Of a DNA stretch of 64,000 nucleotides, positions 28,595 through 37,739 are shown piece after piece. The stretch spans positions 2,880,001 to 2,944,000 of the forward strand of contig OY970325.1 of the NCBI GenBank assembly GCA_963717145.1. The letters run 5' to 3'. The notes beneath the pieces are model-generated. The model saw nothing but the letters and a program-made list of their open reading frames with translations, did not search any database and was not told the origin of the DNA. Position 1 is the stretch's first letter; every line of letters starts with the position of its first letter. The position numbers and the translations under genes were made by a program. This DNA comes from an uncultured Armatimonadetes bacterium (lineage in GTDB: Bacteria > Armatimonadota > UBA5829 > DTJY01).

Positions 28595-29559
28595 AGATCA
28601 AGCACCCCCGCGTAGTTGAGGACCGCAACTGCCAGCAGTCCTCCGATCAACCAGAATCTGACCACTATCTTCTGCTCGGGCCATCCCACCAACTCGAAAT
28701 GATGGTGGATCGGCGTCATCTTGAAGATGCGCTTGCCCGTTAGCTTGAATGACGCCACCTGGAGCATCACCGACAGTCCCTCGATGACGAACACGAGCGC
28801 AAGGACCAGGTACAGCAACTCCATCTTGCCCGCAACCGCGATCCCCGCGGTCGCTGCCCCGAGCGCCAATGAGCCGGTATCGCCCATGAAGACCTTCGCC
28901 GGATTCGAGTTGTACCACAGGAATCCGAGGCACCCACCTGCGATCGCCCACGAGAGCACCCCGAGGCTGCCCACGCCGGGCAGGAAGATCAACATCGCAC
29001 CGAGGGCGAGACACAGGATCAGAGAGAGCCCGCCCACCAGACCATCGAGTCCGTCCGCAAGGTTGAACGCATTCGACATCCAGACCACGCCCAGGACCGC
29101 GAGCGGGTAATACGCCCACCCCAGGTCCCAGAACTCAGGCCGTCCAAAATGTAGTACGGTCGTCGCCGGCGTTCGGTTACTGTACACCCACCACATGAAC
29201 AGCGCGGCGATGACGAACTGCCCGACAAGCTTCTGCCTCGCCTTAAGCCCGAGGGACTTGCCTCTCAACGCGATCAGGTAATCGTCCAGGAAGCCCAATG
29301 CCATCATCGCCAGAGTGAGCAGGATCACCGCTGTCACCCGGCTGTGTCCCACGCGGGCAAAGGCCAGCCCGACCGCCGCCCCCAGGAAGATGATGAATCC
29401 GCCCATGGTCGGCGTCCCCTGCTTGGCTCGGTGTCGCTCCGGAACGTCCTCGCTGATCGTCTGGCGAACCTTCAGCCGCGCCAGCATCCGGATGAGCACC
29501 GGCCCGACCAAGAGTGAGACGATCGACGCGACTATGAATGCGATCGCCGCCTCATACAC
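28585..29559 (-). CDS. mraY: Phospho-N-acetylmuramoyl-pentapeptide transferase
   Basis: KQGTPTMGG, GFLDD, NLADGLDGL, VFMGDTGS, PIHHHFE. Confidence 0.97.
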   Translation of the reverse strand: MYEAAIAFIVASIVSLLVGPVLIRMLARLKVRQTISEDVPERHRAKQGTPTMGGFIIFLGAAVGLAFARVGHSRVTAVILLTLAMMALGFLDDYLIALRGKSLGLKARQKLVGQFVIAALFMWWVYSNRTPATTVLHFGRPEFWDLGWAYYPLAVLGVVWMSNAFNLADGLDGLVGGLSLILCLALGAMLIFLPGVGSLGVLSWAIAGGCLGFLWYNSNPAKVFMGDTGSLALGAATAGIAVAGKMELLYLVLALVFVIEGLSVMLQVASFKLTGKRIFKMTPIHHHFELVGWPEQKIVVRFWLIGGLLAVAVLNYAGVLDLWR

Positions 29560-30937
29560 TTAGCAGAATCCTCACGATCTCTTCCATTCTCATCGCGCGA
29601 GAGCCCTTGACCAGCACCGCGTCACCGCTCTTGACCTGAGACTTGAGGCCGGCGGCGGCCGACAAGCCATCGGGATACCACTCGATGTTCTCCTCCGGGT
29701 AGCCGGCGCTCTTCGCGCCTTCCACAATGTCAGCGGCGAGTTCGCCCACCGCCACGAGCTTGTCCACTCCGCTCCTCGCAACCGTCGACCCGATATCCCT
29801 GTGCGCCTTCGGCGCGTAGTCACCCAGTTCGAGCATGTTTCCCAGAACGACGATTTTCCGGTCGTAGCCGGCAAGGGCCTGCAGAGTCTTCAGGGCCGCA
29901 CATACCGAGGCGGGACTCGCGTTGTATGCATCATTCAGCACGGTGAAGCCCTGCCTCGATCTGATCAATTCCATGCGCATCGAAGGCTGAGTGAAGTTCT
30001 CGAGTCCATCCTTGACCGTGGAGAGGTCGACTCCCATGCCGATGGCTACTGCTGCGGCCGCCAGCGCATTGAACACATTGTAGTTGCCGATCACCGGCAA
30101 GGAAACCTTGATCGTTGCGCCTTCCTTCATGATCGCGCAAGTCCAGCGCCCTTCCTTCGACTGCTTGATCCGCGCGCCGACTATGTCCGCGTCCTGCGAC
30201 GATCCAAAGCTGATCACCCGTCCGCCAAAGCGGTCTCTCATCACGGTGAAGTATCCGTCCTCCGCGTTCAGGATCGCGAGACCGTCGGGTGGAAGCTCCT
30301 GCAACAACTCCGATTTCGCTTCGGCGATCGCCCCCTGTGAGCCCAAGCGCTCGATGTGCGAGATGCCAATGTTCGTTATCACGCCGATCTCCGGCTTGGC
30401 GATCTGAGCGAGTCGGCGTATCTCTCCTATGCCTCGCATCGCCATCTCGAGCACGGCCACCTCATGGCTCGGTTGTAACTGGAAGAGCGTCAGGGGAACC
30501 CCGATCTCGTTGTTGTAGTTCATCTCATTCTTGAGCACTCGCCACTTGCGCTCGAGGATGGCCGACAGCATCTCCTTCGTGGTCGTCTTGCCAACGCTTC
30601 CCGTGATGCCTATCACCCGGACATCGAACTTCGAACGGTAGTAGGCCGCCAGGTCACCGAGCGACCAGAGCACGTCCTGCACCTTGACCACCGGCTTGTC
30701 GAGGCCAGTGGGGACCGCTGACTCATCCGAGACGATCAGTCCGCCCGCGCCGGCCTCGAGCGCGGTGACGATGAACCTGTGCCCGTCGGAGTTCTCTCCC
30801 TTGAGAGCGAAGAACAGATCGCCTGCTTGCAGAGTGCGAGTATCTATGCTGACTCCGGTGATCGCGGAATCCATATCTCCGGCGATCAGCGCGCCGTCCA
30901 CGGCTTGCGTAACTTCTGCAAGTGTCAGCTTTTCCAA
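29552..30937 (-). CDS. murF: UDP-MurNAc-tripeptide--D-Ala-D-Ala ligase
   Basis: DTR, GSVGKTTTKE, NNEIGVP, DAYNASP, MLELG, KGSR. TTG start at 30937 after GAGGA; the longer ORF start lies inside a REP. Confidence 0.96.
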   Translation of the reverse strand: MEKLTLAEVTQAVDGALIAGDMDSAITGVSIDTRTLQAGDLFFALKGENSDGHRFIVTALEAGAGGLIVSDESAVPTGLDKPVVKVQDVLWSLGDLAAYYRSKFDVRVIGITGSVGKTTTKEMLSAILERKWRVLKNEMNYNNEIGVPLTLFQLQPSHEVAVLEMAMRGIGEIRRLAQIAKPEIGVITNIGISHIERLGSQGAIAEAKSELLQELPPDGLAILNAEDGYFTVMRDRFGGRVISFGSSQDADIVGARIKQSKEGRWTCAIMKEGATIKVSLPVIGNYNVFNALAAAAVAIGMGVDLSTVKDGLENFTQPSMRMELIRSRQGFTVLNDAYNASPASVCAALKTLQALAGYDRKIVVLGNMLELGDYAPKAHRDIGSTVARSGVDKLVAVGELAADIVEGAKSAGYPEENIEWYPDGLSAAAGLKSQVKSGDAVLVKGSRAMRMEEIVRILLSV

Positions 30938-30954
30938 GTGTTCCTCAATCGTTT

Positions 30955-31064
30955 GTAGTGGCCGTGCCTCAGTGCCGGCCATACACCCTCGCTGGCCGGC
31001 ACTGAGGCACGGCCACTACATCAAACACTACATCCGCCTGCTGGCCGGCACCGAGGCACGACCA

Positions 31065-31068
<4 letters not shown>
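30955..31068. repeat. GTAG-REP-like cluster (family C): inverted doublet plus a third unit
   Basis: gtagtggccgtgcctcagtgccggcca; tggccggcactgaggcacggccactac; tggccggcaccgaggcacgaccactac. Confidence 0.9.
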
Positions 31069-32543
<1,475 letters not shown>

Positions 32544-32638
32544 CTCTTCAAACCTCGGAGTGCCGGCTGAGAATAGTCGGCAGACTCACCGCACGATTAT
32601 AGCACGCGCGGTGGCAGCACCAATAGGAGCAATAGGAC

Positions 32639-34441
32639 CTATGCTCGGTCGCGGGTCTTGCGGGCTCCGCCGGTTGCACGGCTTCCTGCAGTCTCACCAG
32701 CGACCGGCGTCGGAGGCTCGATCTGGTCCGGCGCAACCTTGAAGTGCCACATCGCCATCCGACCTATCTCCTTGAACACGGGCGCCGCACAGGTTGCGCC
32801 CCAGTGGATGCCTTTCGGTTCGTCAACCGAGACCAGAATTGCCGCCCGCGGGTTGCTGGTCGGCAGGAATCCGACAAACGACGCGACAAACTTGCCGTTG
32901 TTGTAGCTGCCGTTCACCGCCTTCTGAGCGCTGCCGGTCTTTCCACCCGTCTGGTATCCTTCGACGACGGCCGGCTTTCCCGTGCCCTCCACGCATACGT
33001 CGCGCAGCATTTCGGTCACGGCCCTGGCGACATCTGCCGAGACAACCCGCCTGACGACCTCCGGCTTGTTGTCTCGATACAGGGTACCGTCCGGGCGACG
33101 GATCTGCTTGATGATGTGCGGCTTCATCATGACGCCATCGTTCGCGACGGTGGCGTAGGCGTTGGCAAGTTGAAGCGGAGTAACGACGATTCCCTGGCCG
33201 AATCCGATATTCGCGACCCGGACGTCCTCCCAGTCCTTCCAAACTCCCGGCCAACCCGTCATCTCGCCCATCATCCCGGTCCCAGGCCTGTCATAGAAGC
33301 CGAACTTCTTTTCGTACTCGAAGAGTCTCTCCTTGCCGAGACGGAATGCGATGCCGGCAGCGGCCATGTTGCAGGAGTACTTCAGGCACTTGGCCACATT
33401 GCAGACTCCGTGTCCGCCCATGAACGGCGCATGGAGCGAGCACCGGACGGTCCGATTCCCGACGCGCATGCTCCCATTGCACTGGAAGGTAGTATCGTAG
33501 TCGATCGACTTCGTCTCGAGCCCTGCGCAGGCGGTGATCGTCTTGAGCGTCGAGCCCGGTTCATAGAGGTCGGTGACTGCACGGTTTCGGCGGTCATTGG
33601 CCTCGGAGTTGGCCACGTCGTTCGGGTCGTAGCTGGGCATGTTGGCCAGAGCAGTGATCTCGCCCGTTCTGGGATCGATCACTACGGCGGACGCACCGGC
33701 GGCGGAGTACTTGTCATAGGACTTGAACAATTCCGCTTCGACCGAGTGCTGGATGGTAGAGTCGATTGTCAGCACGAGATCCATGCCGTCCACCGGCTCG
33801 ACCCGCTGGCGTCTTGTGCCGGGGATGAACTTGCCCCTGGCATCGACCTCGGTGATCACGAAGCCGTCCGTACCTCGGAGGTACTTGTCGCAGATGTTCT
33901 CGATCCCTTCCCTGCCGAGGCCGTCGATATCCGTGAAACCGACGACGTGAGACGCGAGTTGGCCGCCGGGGTAGACCCTCGACATGATCGGCACGGCCTC
34001 GACACCGTAGATCTTCGCCGCCTCGATGTTTCTCCCGACATCCGTACTGGCCCGTCTGGTCAGAAACACGAACCGCTTGTCACTGGTGATCTTCTCCAGA
34101 ACCTTCTCTTTCGGCCAACCGAGGATTCCTGAGAGCTTCTCGGCGGCCGCATCCTTGTCCTTGATCTTCTGAGGCCACGACTGGATATCGTACAGCTCGA
34201 CTGTGATCGCGAGTTCCTTGCCATTGCAGTCGAAGATGGTACCGCGACGGGCGGGAAGCTTGATCTTCCGCAGGCGGAATTCCTCGGCCTTGTCCCTGTA
34301 GTGGGGGGCGCTTAGCACTTGAATATAGAAAAACCTGGCCCCGAGCGCCAGGTACAGCAGTGCCATTATGCATAGCGTCCGGTTCATCCGGCCGCGAACA
34401 AGCTTACCACTTGGTAGGCGACGTCTTCTCATCGGCCCCAT
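32639..34441 (-). CDS. ftsI: Class B penicillin-binding protein (FtsI/SpoVD)
   Basis: RGTIFD, RVYP, EPGSTLK (SxxK), SCN (SxN), KTGSAQ. Confidence 0.93.
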   Translation of the reverse strand: MGPMRRRRLPSGKLVRGRMNRTLCIMALLYLALGARFFYIQVLSAPHYRDKAEEFRLRKIKLPARRGTIFDCNGKELAITVELYDIQSWPQKIKDKDAAAEKLSGILGWPKEKVLEKITSDKRFVFLTRRASTDVGRNIEAAKIYGVEAVPIMSRVYPGGQLASHVVGFTDIDGLGREGIENICDKYLRGTDGFVITEVDARGKFIPGTRRQRVEPVDGMDLVLTIDSTIQHSVEAELFKSYDKYSAAGASAVVIDPRTGEITALANMPSYDPNDVANSEANDRRNRAVTDLYEPGSTLKTITACAGLETKSIDYDTTFQCNGSMRVGNRTVRCSLHAPFMGGHGVCNVAKCLKYSCNMAAAGIAFRLGKERLFEYEKKFGFYDRPGTGMMGEMTGWPGVWKDWEDVRVANIGFGQGIVVTPLQLANAYATVANDGVMMKPHIIKQIRRPDGTLYRDNKPEVVRRVVSADVARAVTEMLRDVCVEGTGKPAVVEGYQTGGKTGSAQKAVNGSYNNGKFVASFVGFLPTSNPRAAILVSVDEPKGIHWGATCAAPVFKEIGRMAMWHFKVAPDQIEPPTPVAGETAGSRATGGARKTRDRA

Positions 34442-34463
34442 CCTGATGTGTTACATTCGGCGG

Positions 34464-34847
34464 TCAGTCCTGAGCGTTCTGTGCCAGGTGCGACTCTACC
34501 TGCGTATCCAGGTAGACCATCTTCTCGCCTGCGAGCATCCCATTCTCCTGGGCGAACTGGGCGACTCTGGCCGGCTGGCGCAGGTTGTCCAGGTTCACCT
34601 CGAGCTTCTCGTTCTCTATTCGCAGGTCCCGTAGCTGCGATAGAAGCTCGCCCTTGTGATAGCCTTCCTCGGTCACTCTGGCGTATGCGCCAACGTACAC
34701 TGTTAGCACAAAGCAGATGATCGACGCAAGCAGCAGGATGCCCACCATCTTATTGGCAAATATCCGAAGAATCAGGCTCTTCTTCTTTCGTTCTGCTGCC
34801 TTCTTAGCGGAATGCTGCCTTACCTCCAGCTTCTTCTGCGCCAACAT
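34464..34847 (-). CDS. ftsL: Cell division protein FtsL-like
   Basis: Basic N-terminus, one TM helix, coiled coil, A..NGM; lies between rsmH and ftsI. Confidence 0.75.
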   Translation of the reverse strand: MLAQKKLEVRQHSAKKAAERKKKSLILRIFANKMVGILLLASIICFVLTVYVGAYARVTEEGYHKGELLSQLRDLRIENEKLEVNLDNLRQPARVAQFAQENGMLAGEKMVYLDTQVESHLAQNAQD

Positions 34848-34853
34848 TTCCGA

Positions 34854-35801
34854 TCACTCCTTCGTTGCCAGCTTCCTCGCAGCACGGAGCTTGGCCGCCC
34901 GTGCCCGAGGATTTGCGTCGACCTCGTTCGGCGATGCCGTCACGGGTCGCTTCGTCAGTGTTTCGAGTTCCTTCTCCGCTCCACACGAGCAGATCGGCAG
35001 GCCGGGCGGGCACGTACATCTGCCCGAGCGCCTCAGAAAACTATCCTTTACGATCCTGTCCTCGAGTGAGTGCCAGGACAGGACTACGATCCTGCCATCG
35101 TTCGCAAGCAGTCCCATTGCCGCATCGAGACCGGTCCGGAGCGATTCCAACTCGCGGTTCACAGTGATTCTCAAGGCCATGAAGGTACGGGTCGCGGGAT
35201 GGATATCCTTCGGCCTCGCCGCTGACGGCATCGCCGCCAGGATGACATCCACCAACTCGCCGGTGGTCTCGATCGGCTTCCGGGTACGCCGCTCGGCGAT
35301 GAACTGCGCGATCCGTCTCGCCCAGCGCTCCTCGCCGTAGTCCCGGATGATCTCCGTGAGATGCTTCTCGGAGTACGAGTTCACGACGTCTCGGGCGGTC
35401 AGGCGCTGAGCCCGATCCATCCTCATGTCGAGCCGTGCGTCATGCCGAAAGCTGAACCCTCGCTCGGAGGCATCCAACTGATGGGAGGAAACCCCCAAGT
35501 CGAGGAGCACGCCGTTGACTGCCTGGATATCAAGGTCCCGGGCGATTGCTTCCACGTTACTGAAATCGCCCTTCACAAGTGTTACGTTACTGGAAAAACC
35601 GGACAACCGCTTCGATGCCGCTTCCAGGGCTTCTTCGTCCCGGTCAATCCCGATCAGCCGTCCGCCGGGCAGGATGCGCTTCACGATCTCGATCGCGTGT
35701 CCCCCGCCTCCCACCGTTCCGTCGATGACGGTATCCCCGCTCTGGGGATCCAGATACTGCAGTACTTCCGCGAGCATAACGGGAACGTGGAATTCCTGCA
35801 T
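34854..35801 (-). CDS. rsmH: 16S rRNA m4C1402 methyltransferase
   Basis: HVPVML, DGTVGGGGH, DLGVSSHQLD, RGFSF, HPATRTF, HSLEDR, NPRAR. Confidence 0.97.
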   Translation of the reverse strand: MQEFHVPVMLAEVLQYLDPQSGDTVIDGTVGGGGHAIEIVKRILPGGRLIGIDRDEEALEAASKRLSGFSSNVTLVKGDFSNVEAIARDLDIQAVNGVLLDLGVSSHQLDASERGFSFRHDARLDMRMDRAQRLTARDVVNSYSEKHLTEIIRDYGEERWARRIAQFIAERRTRKPIETTGELVDVILAAMPSAARPKDIHPATRTFMALRITVNRELESLRTGLDAAMGLLANDGRIVVLSWHSLEDRIVKDSFLRRSGRCTCPPGLPICSCGAEKELETLTKRPVTASPNEVDANPRARAAKLRAARKLATKE

Positions 35802-35815
35802 GTCAATCCGGGGAC

Positions 35816-36244
35816 TCAGCCCATCCCAACCTCTCTGGCAGATTCGCTGATCAGGTCATCGGTCGTGGCAGAGGCAAGCTCATCCCATCGCTGCTTGCTC
35901 CAGATCTCCAGGCGATTGACAGCGCCGATGATCATGACTTCTTTGTCGATCATGGCATGTTCGCGGAGAGTCGAGGTAAGCGCTACTCTGCCCTGTCCGT
36001 CGGTGGTGGCGTCTACGGCTTCGCCCGAGAAGAACCTCTGAAGACGATGCGCGTTGTGGTCGAGCATCGTCTGAGCGTCGAGCCGTTTTTCGAGGTCAGC
36101 AAATTCTTCTTCCGTGAAGACCCACAGACAGTTGTCTACCCCTTTGGTGATAACGAACTTCTCACCGAGGAGCAGTCTGAACTTCTGTGGGATTATTACT
36201 CGCCCTTTGTCGTCGAGACTGTGGGCGAAACCTCCACGGAACAT
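35816..36244 (-). CDS. mraZ: Transcriptional regulator MraZ
   Basis: DDKGRVIIP and DGQGRV (DxxGR repeats), RLEIW. Confidence 0.96.
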   Translation of the reverse strand: MFRGGFAHSLDDKGRVIIPQKFRLLLGEKFVITKGVDNCLWVFTEEEFADLEKRLDAQTMLDHNAHRLQRFFSGEAVDATTDGQGRVALTSTLREHAMIDKEVMIIGAVNRLEIWSKQRWDELASATTDDLISESAREVGMG

Positions 36245-36252
36245 GTCCTAGC

Positions 36253-36318
36253 CTCCACCGAGTTACTATTCAGCCCCACTTGCCTCCACAGTTTACTGCC
36301 GACGCCCCTACTTGTCAA
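36253..36318 (-). promoter_or_regulatory. dcw promoter (TTGACA-17-TAAACT) with MraZ-box-like GTGG(G/A) repeats at ~10-bp spacing
   Basis: -35 at 36313-36318 and -10 at 36290-36295. GTGGAG/GTGGGG/GTAGGG units surround the start site. Confidence 0.7.
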
Positions 36319-36439
36319 CCCTTTTTGGGGGAGCGGGCGAAAAAAGTGGAGATTTTTTCGCTGGAGTGGGGATCGATGGGTCTGGGGCGTTGCAGTGGCG
36401 GAAGAATGGCGCGATAGAGTCTCAGGATCGTTGGATCCG

Positions 36440-36468
36440 TTGACGACACGCAAGACTTCGGATATACT
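36440..36468 (+). promoter_or_regulatory. hicBA promoter (TTGACG-17-TATACT), probably leaderless
   Basis: The -10 ends 6 nt before ATG 36475; no SD sequence. Confidence 0.6.
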
Positions 36469-36474
36469 GCATGT

Positions 36475-36675
36475 ATGGTATTCAAGGTGGTATTGGAACC
36501 GAGCGAGGAAGGCGGATACACCGCTCTCGTGCCCGCATTGCCGGGGTGCATAAGCGAGGGCGAAACCGTCCAGGAGGCCATGCGCAACATTCGTGAGGCG
36601 GTCGAGCTTTACCTGGAGCCGCTTGAGGACTACCCGACCCCCGAAGGCGCGCTGGTCAAGGAACTGACCCTGTGA
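36475..36675 (+). CDS. hicB: HicB-family antitoxin (short form)
   Basis: EEGGYTALVPALPGCISEGETVQEAMRNIREAVELYLE. Confidence 0.9.
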   Translation: MVFKVVLEPSEEGGYTALVPALPGCISEGETVQEAMRNIREAVELYLEPLEDYPTPEGALVKELTL

Positions 36676-36899
36676 CCAAGGTGCCCAGCCTCAACTACAC
36701 CGAAATCATCCGTGCCCTGGAGAGGGACGGATGGTCCGGGATCAGGCAGCGTGGCAGCCACATTCGGTTGCACAAAGCTGTTGGCCTCGAGGTGCTCAAA
36801 GTAACTGTCCCGGCGCACAAGCCGGTGAAGAGATCGACCCTGGCCCACATCCTCAAGCAAGCTCGCCTGGATGTTGACCGGTTCATCAAGCTTCTCTGA
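36672..36899 (+). CDS. hicA: HicA-family toxin
   Basis: IIRALERDGW..RQRGSHIRL..VTVPAH..TLAHILKQA. Confidence 0.9.
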   Translation: MTKVPSLNYTEIIRALERDGWSGIRQRGSHIRLHKAVGLEVLKVTVPAHKPVKRSTLAHILKQARLDVDRFIKLL

Positions 36900-36983
36900 C
36901 CCCCAAGGTCTCCTTGCCGCCCAGGTGTTTCATCCGGAACGGGAGAATCATGTCCCTATGATCAAGAAGGCTGGTATTCTCTG

Positions 36984-37733
36984 ATGCGTAAGATCGTAGC
37001 TATCGGTGGTGGTGAGATCGGCAGGTTCGGCTGTCCGATCGAAACAACAGCTATCGACCAACAGATACTGGAACTCACCGGGAAGAGCAGGCCACGCGTG
37101 CTGCTCCTGCCCACCGCCAGCGGCGACTCGGATACATACTTCGAGGCGTTCCGAAAGCACTTCGGCGAGGGACTGGGCTGCCGGACGGATGTCTTGAACC
37201 TGGTGAGTGAGAGTCCAGGGCATGGCGACGCACGCGACAAGATCCTCAACTCCGATGCCATCTATGTCGGCGGCGGCAATACGGCGAAGATGCTGAGGGT
37301 CTGGCGGAGGCTCGGAATCGACGTGATCCTCAAAGAGGCGCACGACAAGGGCATCGTGCTCTCCGGCCTCAGCGCCGGCGCCATCTGCTGGTTCCGGTTC
37401 GGCAGCAGCGACTCCAGGAAGTTCAGGAATCCCTCCGCCGGGCTGATTCGGCTGTCCTGTCTGGGATTGGTGAGAGCCACCCTGTGCCCACACTATGATG
37501 TCGAGGCGGATCGAAGGCCGGATCTGCGCGACATGATGCGCAGGACTCCGGGAGTGGCCATCGCGCTCGACAACTGCAGTGCGATTGAGATCGTTGGGGA
37601 CGAGTACAGGGTACTGACAAGCCGGCCCGGTGCGCAAGCCTATCGAGTCCACTGGTCGTCGGGAGTCTGCCACGAGGACATCCTGCCGTCCGAGAGGGGC
37701 TACCACCCATTGTCGAGCCTGATCTGCAAGTGA
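36984..37733 (+). CDS. pepE: Peptidase E (S51) family
   Basis: LPTASGD, IYVGGGNT, GLSAGAICWF, CPHY. Confidence 0.88.
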   Translation: MRKIVAIGGGEIGRFGCPIETTAIDQQILELTGKSRPRVLLLPTASGDSDTYFEAFRKHFGEGLGCRTDVLNLVSESPGHGDARDKILNSDAIYVGGGNTAKMLRVWRRLGIDVILKEAHDKGIVLSGLSAGAICWFRFGSSDSRKFRNPSAGLIRLSCLGLVRATLCPHYDVEADRRPDLRDMMRRTPGVAIALDNCSAIEIVGDEYRVLTSRPGAQAYRVHWSSGVCHEDILPSERGYHPLSSLICK

Positions 37734-37739
37734 TCGGCG

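Noticed and set aside
30938..30982. N-terminal extensions in the ORF track (murF MAGTEARPL; also pheA, the GH-A gene, the radical SAM gene, GH20, STAS)
   Set aside because: The extensions run through repeats or upstream genes; better starts with SD sequences lie downstream.
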